Source of the DNA: Promethearchaeota archaeon
Lineage (GTDB): Archaea; Asgardarchaeota; Lokiarchaeia; Sigyniarchaeales; SOKP01
Length of the DNA stretch: 64,000 nt
Direction: 5' to 3'
Assembly: GCA_019058365.1 (NCBI GenBank)
Contig: JAHPZE010000009.1
Coordinates: 32,001-96,000 of the forward strand
Shown here: piece by piece, positions 59,564 through 64,000 of the stretch
Layout: each line of letters opens with the position of its first letter
Numbering within the stretch: the stretch's first letter is position 1
Translations under genes and position numbers: made by a program
The notes under the pieces: generated by a model
Databases searched by the model: none
Told to the model about the DNA's origin: nothing
The model's input: only the letters and a program-made list of their open reading frames with translations

Positions 59564-60994
59564 ATGAACAATATGGAAGAAAAAAAAGAAGAGGAAATAA
59601 GAGATATTCCCGGTAGAACAGGTACGCAAGTTACAATAAATCTCGCAAATATTATTGATAATGCTGATGGTCAAATTTTTCCTTCTGTTTATGAACAAAT
59701 TCAATCTTCACCATTAAATTTAAGTGTTGTACAATTAGGGAATTTAACAGGTATTAGATCATTATTGCAAGCTGTCACAACCCCACTATGGGGTTGGTGG
59801 AGCGATAAGCATTCAAGAAAGCGAGTATTGGCTCTGGGGTGTTTCTTTTGGGCAATTTTTACAATTTTAATTGCTTTTAGTGTTTCTTATATGGATATGC
59901 TTATATATAGGGCAATAACAGGAATAGGTCTTGCTGTAATTATTCCTACCGCTCAATCCCTCATTGCAGACTATTTTTCTCCTAGTAAACGAGGAAGAGC
60001 TTTTGGATGGTTAGGTCTTACGGGTGTACTTGGGAGTATTCTTGGAACCATATATGCAACAGCATTAGTTGGTGCTTATACACAAATTCTTGGTATCGAG
60101 ACTTGGAGATTTATATTTATTATCTGGGGAGTAATAAGCATAATTATTGGTCTTTTGGTTTGGTTATTTGCTAAAGATCCTATTCGTGGTGAAATGGAAC
60201 CAGAATTACGTAAAGTTTTGACTTCAGAAAAAGCAAAAAGGTATAGCTTAAAAATCTCAGACTTTAAACAGATTCTTACAAATAAAACATTCCTTTTAAT
60301 TGTTCTTCAAGGCACTGCTGGTTCAATTCCATGGAATGGTATCTTTTTTATGATAATTTGGTTTGAATACATTGGATTTGATCCATTAACTGCAGGGTTA
60401 GTTTTTTCTGTTATTGCCATAGGTGCAGCCTTAGGCAATCTTTTTGGTGGATGGCTTGGAGATAAAGCAGCTAAATGGAGTCCTAATCGTGGAAGGATAT
60501 TAATTGCGCAGATATCAGTTTTTGCAGGAATTCCCTTAACTATGGTAATATTTTTAATGATACCGCAGACAATTAATTCTATGTTAATGTATATCTTGGT
60601 TGGGGCTATAACTGGCTTCTTAATCTCTTGGTCTGCAGGAGGAACCAATAACCCAATTTTCAGCGAAATCTTTCAACCTGAAATTAGAAGTTCTGTCTTT
60701 TCAGTAGATAGAGTATTTGAAGGCGCTTTTGGTGCCTTGGGTACGGTGTTCGTGGGATTTGCTGCTGCGAGCTTTGGATACATCACCCCTCCTATTAATG
60801 TAGACATAAGTACATTACCGCTAGCATTTCGATTATCGAACATGACAGCATTAGCATGGGGTATGTTTATTACTGCATTAATTCCATGGATTATTTGTTT
60901 AATCGTATATACATTTATCTACTTTACATATCCTAAAGATTATGAAAAGATGCGTGTTTTTCTAGAAAATAGAGCTAAAAAATTAGAAGAATGA
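59564..60994 (+). CDS. MFS transporter (Spinster-like)
   Basis: GWWSDKHSRK, RAITGIG, ADYFSPSKRGRA, GGWLGD; 12 TM. Confidence 0.88.
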   Translation: MNNMEEKKEEEIRDIPGRTGTQVTINLANIIDNADGQIFPSVYEQIQSSPLNLSVVQLGNLTGIRSLLQAVTTPLWGWWSDKHSRKRVLALGCFFWAIFTILIAFSVSYMDMLIYRAITGIGLAVIIPTAQSLIADYFSPSKRGRAFGWLGLTGVLGSILGTIYATALVGAYTQILGIETWRFIFIIWGVISIIIGLLVWLFAKDPIRGEMEPELRKVLTSEKAKRYSLKISDFKQILTNKTFLLIVLQGTAGSIPWNGIFFMIIWFEYIGFDPLTAGLVFSVIAIGAALGNLFGGWLGDKAAKWSPNRGRILIAQISVFAGIPLTMVIFLMIPQTINSMLMYILVGAITGFLISWSAGGTNNPIFSEIFQPEIRSSVFSVDRVFEGAFGALGTVFVGFAAASFGYITPPINVDISTLPLAFRLSNMTALAWGMFITALIPWIICLIVYTFIYFTYPKDYEKMRVFLENRAKKLEE

Positions 60995-61217
60995 ACATTT
61001 ATTTTTTTTTTAATAATTTATATATTAAATTAGATATTTTAGAAATTGAATAAAATTTTATCCATCAGAAGACAATGTTATTAAATCGCGTAGAAAGAAA
61101 TATTGAGCCAAGTTCTTTAGTCACTTTTTATCAAAAGGATGATTAAAAATATTTGCATCCAATAAAATAATTTAAATTAATATAAAAAAAGATTTATGGA
61201 TTTAAGGAATTTTGATC

Positions 61218-63590
61218 TTACATTTTTTCTTTTGCATGTTCGATATTTCTCAAAATAGTTTGTGCTAATGGAATTTGACTTAAACCAATTTGTTGTAGAA
61301 TTTGTAAAGCTTCTTGATATTTTTGTATCGCAGCACCATAGTTTTTTTGATAAAAATCAATAGTTCCAATGTTATGGATAATACCTGCCATTCCTACAGA
61401 ATCACCTAATTGTTTATATAATGTGAGTGCATTTTCATACATCATAAGGGCTTCAAATAAATTTCTCTGGTCTTCTAAAATCATCCCAATATCCTCTAAA
61501 CATTTTGCTTGTAAATTTGGCTGATTCATCTTAGCACTTAATTCTGAAGCCTCTTCGAATGCTTTTAAAGCCTTTTTACGATCTCCTTTCTCACGATATA
61601 CCCCCCCTAAATTTATAAGTGTATTTGCCTTTCCAAGCTGATATCCTACACGTTCGAAAATCTTTAAAGTTCTTTCCCAAACTTTCATTGCCTTTAATTG
61701 GTCTCCTTGATAAAAATATACTAATCCTTCATTACTGAAGGTTGTACCTTCGAGTAAGGGATCATTTAACGAATCTCCTAATTTTAAAGCCTCTTCAAAA
61801 TAGTTCAATGCTTCATTAAAGTTGCTAAGGTTTGTATATATTAACCCAATGTTATTAAGAGTAGATACTCTTTTTGATAAAGATCCTATTTTTATAGAGA
61901 TATCAAGCGCTTGTTTGAAATATTCGAGTGCTTCATAAAATCTGCCAATAGCACGGAATAATTCACCAATTGTATTTAAACATGCAACTTTACCGTCAAG
62001 ATCAGATAGAAGATCATTAATATGAAGTGATTCTTCATAACTCTTATAAGCCGCATCCACATTACCTAAACTTAATTGAATCATTCCTATAATCATAAGC
62101 ATATCCGCTTTATCAGACAGTTTTCCTAATTGATCAAAGATTTGAAGCGATTCAGTGGCTTTTTTTAAAGCCTCAACATTGTTTCCCATATTTTTAATAA
62201 TTGAACTAATATTTCTAAGAGTTATAGCTTTGGAAAAATAGTCATTAGTTTGTTCAAATAATGGGAGAGCTTCATTAAAATATTTTAAAGCCTCAGAATA
62301 TTTACCCCATGCATTATATATATTCGCAATATTATTATAACAGGCGGCTTTCCATTCCTTAGGTTCTATTTTTTCTGCAGATTTTAATGCTTGATTATAT
62401 AATTTTAGAGCTTCAGAGTAATTTCCTTGCTCATAATGAATTTTTCCTATTAGATTGAGTGATTTTATAATCATGACTTCATCTTTAATTTTTTCTGAAA
62501 TCTTAAGTAATTCTTGCGCACATCGGAGTGAATCCTCCATTAAATTAAAATCGAAATATATTGTTTGTGGAATAAAGTATCTCATAAGATCATTTGGTGG
62601 AGTAATATTTTCTTTTAGCCATTCTAAGGGTGAAATTGAAAAATTATCTTGACTTAAGTTTGGGGAGCCACTTAATAATTTATTGGCTAATCTTGATGTA
62701 TTCACATCAACCCTATAAACGTTCTTTACATTATTCATTTGTTTTATTTCTGTAAGAATTTGATCTACTTTTTCCATACTTTTTGACCTCTCTATATCAG
62801 TGGATTCAATTTCATAGATTATCTCCCTTCCCATGTCGTCCCATATAAAATTAATCCATACTAGATTCTCGATATTATGTAATTTCTTTAAAGTAGGAAC
62901 AACATCAAAATCATCACTCCCAGAATAACCCATGACAATTAATGAGCGCCCGCTTGAGATATTATCAAATAAAGATCGTTTAAATGGCTCCACTTGAAAA
63001 ACACTCATTCCTTCTTTATTTGATCCAAATGCCTGTATAGTTGCAACTAAGGTATCTCTTGTACTTTCATTAGAAATTATATTTTTTGTAGAACCATGAA
63101 TTTTGTAGACTGTCTTTAGACCATTTAAAAATAAGTCTGAAGGAACAGCGTAATTTTCGAAGTCTTGTCGTGTAATAATAATCTTTATTTGTTCTTTAGG
63201 TATATCTAACTGGAGTAGAGCCTGTTCTATTAAAAAATCGAAATTTGTTGTCATTAAAAAATGTCCTTGAGTAATCTTTTCAGCAAGATAAAAATGTTGA
63301 GAGTTTGGTTTATTACACAACCCATAATAATCAATAATTTTTAACTCTGGATCCAAATTATCTCTTATGATCTCTACTAATGCTTCAAACCGAAGTTCTT
63401 TTATCATAAGTATTTTCTCTACTTCTGATTCAGCACATATAAATTTTATCATGGCATCCATCATTGAACGACCAGCAGGTTGACAAGAGGGAGCATCTAC
63501 AGAACAGCCAGCACCAATTAAAAATGTCAATTTCTGGTTATTTCCTAAAAGGTCTTCTATTTTTAAATTAGCTTTTTTCATGTTAATCAT
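61218..63590 (-). CDS. SIR2-like domain plus TPR repeat protein
   Basis: FLIGAGCS, TTNFD, KIHGS, GYSGSDD, followed by ~11 TPRs (NNIG.IY...G.Y.EAL.YF). Confidence 0.9.
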   Translation of the reverse strand: MINMKKANLKIEDLLGNNQKLTFLIGAGCSVDAPSCQPAGRSMMDAMIKFICAESEVEKILMIKELRFEALVEIIRDNLDPELKIIDYYGLCNKPNSQHFYLAEKITQGHFLMTTNFDFLIEQALLQLDIPKEQIKIIITRQDFENYAVPSDLFLNGLKTVYKIHGSTKNIISNESTRDTLVATIQAFGSNKEGMSVFQVEPFKRSLFDNISSGRSLIVMGYSGSDDFDVVPTLKKLHNIENLVWINFIWDDMGREIIYEIESTDIERSKSMEKVDQILTEIKQMNNVKNVYRVDVNTSRLANKLLSGSPNLSQDNFSISPLEWLKENITPPNDLMRYFIPQTIYFDFNLMEDSLRCAQELLKISEKIKDEVMIIKSLNLIGKIHYEQGNYSEALKLYNQALKSAEKIEPKEWKAACYNNIANIYNAWGKYSEALKYFNEALPLFEQTNDYFSKAITLRNISSIIKNMGNNVEALKKATESLQIFDQLGKLSDKADMLMIIGMIQLSLGNVDAAYKSYEESLHINDLLSDLDGKVACLNTIGELFRAIGRFYEALEYFKQALDISIKIGSLSKRVSTLNNIGLIYTNLSNFNEALNYFEEALKLGDSLNDPLLEGTTFSNEGLVYFYQGDQLKAMKVWERTLKIFERVGYQLGKANTLINLGGVYREKGDRKKALKAFEEASELSAKMNQPNLQAKCLEDIGMILEDQRNLFEALMMYENALTLYKQLGDSVGMAGIIHNIGTIDFYQKNYGAAIQKYQEALQILQQIGLSQIPLAQTILRNIEHAKEKM

Positions 63591-63752
63591 TTAAACTTCT
63601 TCTGTTATTTAAGATTTTTCAACTAAAAGTTAGAATTAATTTTTGATAATTGGAAGCTTATAAAGTACAATATAAAGAATGATAAAAAATTGAATTATAT
63701 AAACTAATTGATTAAAAATTAATAATATGAAAAGTATGAAAATAATTTTTTT

Positions 63753-64000
63753 TTAAGCTTCCTCTTCTTCTTCAAATTCTTTACCCATTAGACGCATAAC
63801 AGCATCAGCAAGCTTGTTTTGACTTCGACTCATAATACCTTTTACTTTTCCTTCTTTTCCAAGAACTCTTAGCATGATGCCATTCCACACGGAAGAAGGT
63901 TCTCCTTTTATACTTTTAAACCTATCTCGATGAACCTCAACACTAATGTTATCATAATTCTTAGCAGCTTCGGTACATTTAAAGCATAGAATGCATTTAT
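63753..64000 (-). CDS. 3' end of a protein with a ferredoxin-like CxxCxxC motif (partial)
   Basis: Hand translation KCILCFKCTEAAK...MGKEFEEEEEA*; open to the window edge. Confidence 0.7.
   Translation of the reverse strand, partial: KCILCFKCTEAAKNYDNISVEVHRDRFKSIKGEPSSVWNGIMLRVLGKEGKVKGIMSRSQNKLADAVMRLMGKEFEEEEEA

Noticed and set aside
53446-63590. Sir2-HerA (Nezha-like) defence system
   Set aside because: The HerA and SIR2-TPR genes are 6 kb apart, separated by unrelated genes, and the SIR2 architecture differs.

Overview
AT-rich archaeal chromosomal window with hallmarks of an Asgard archaeon, most likely Lokiarchaeia/Promethearchaeota: three small-GTPase genes, several longin-domain fusions, a V4R protein, giant Ig-like and beta-helix surface proteins, expanded beta-oxidation paralogues and frequent TTG starts. 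It holds about 50 CDSs. Metabolic genes include a partial HypD-type glycyl radical enzyme, tryptophanase, fatty-acid/acyl-CoA enzymes, nadB, geranylgeranyl reductase, bacterial-type GAPDH and an M42 peptidase. I found no rRNA, tRNA, CRISPR array or transposase. The strongest candidate for an undescribed system is at 24.2-30.1 kb. Two tandem 12-TM MFS-fold proteins, each fused to a C-terminal cytoplasmic longin domain, are bracketed by two LMW phosphatases with different specificity residues and followed by a degenerate macrodomain and a V4R protein. This could be an archaeal transceptor signalling module, possibly linked to the longin-GTPase fusions elsewhere in the window. Other points of note are a longin-like/winged-helix plus TrmB-coiled-coil gene pair, a shared Vps28-CTD-like helical domain, paired surface proteins with a conserved cytoplasmic tail, a SIR2-TPR protein, a HepT toxin broken by one nonsense codon, and small pseudogene remnants. 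All family calls come from motif recognition only; no searches were run.
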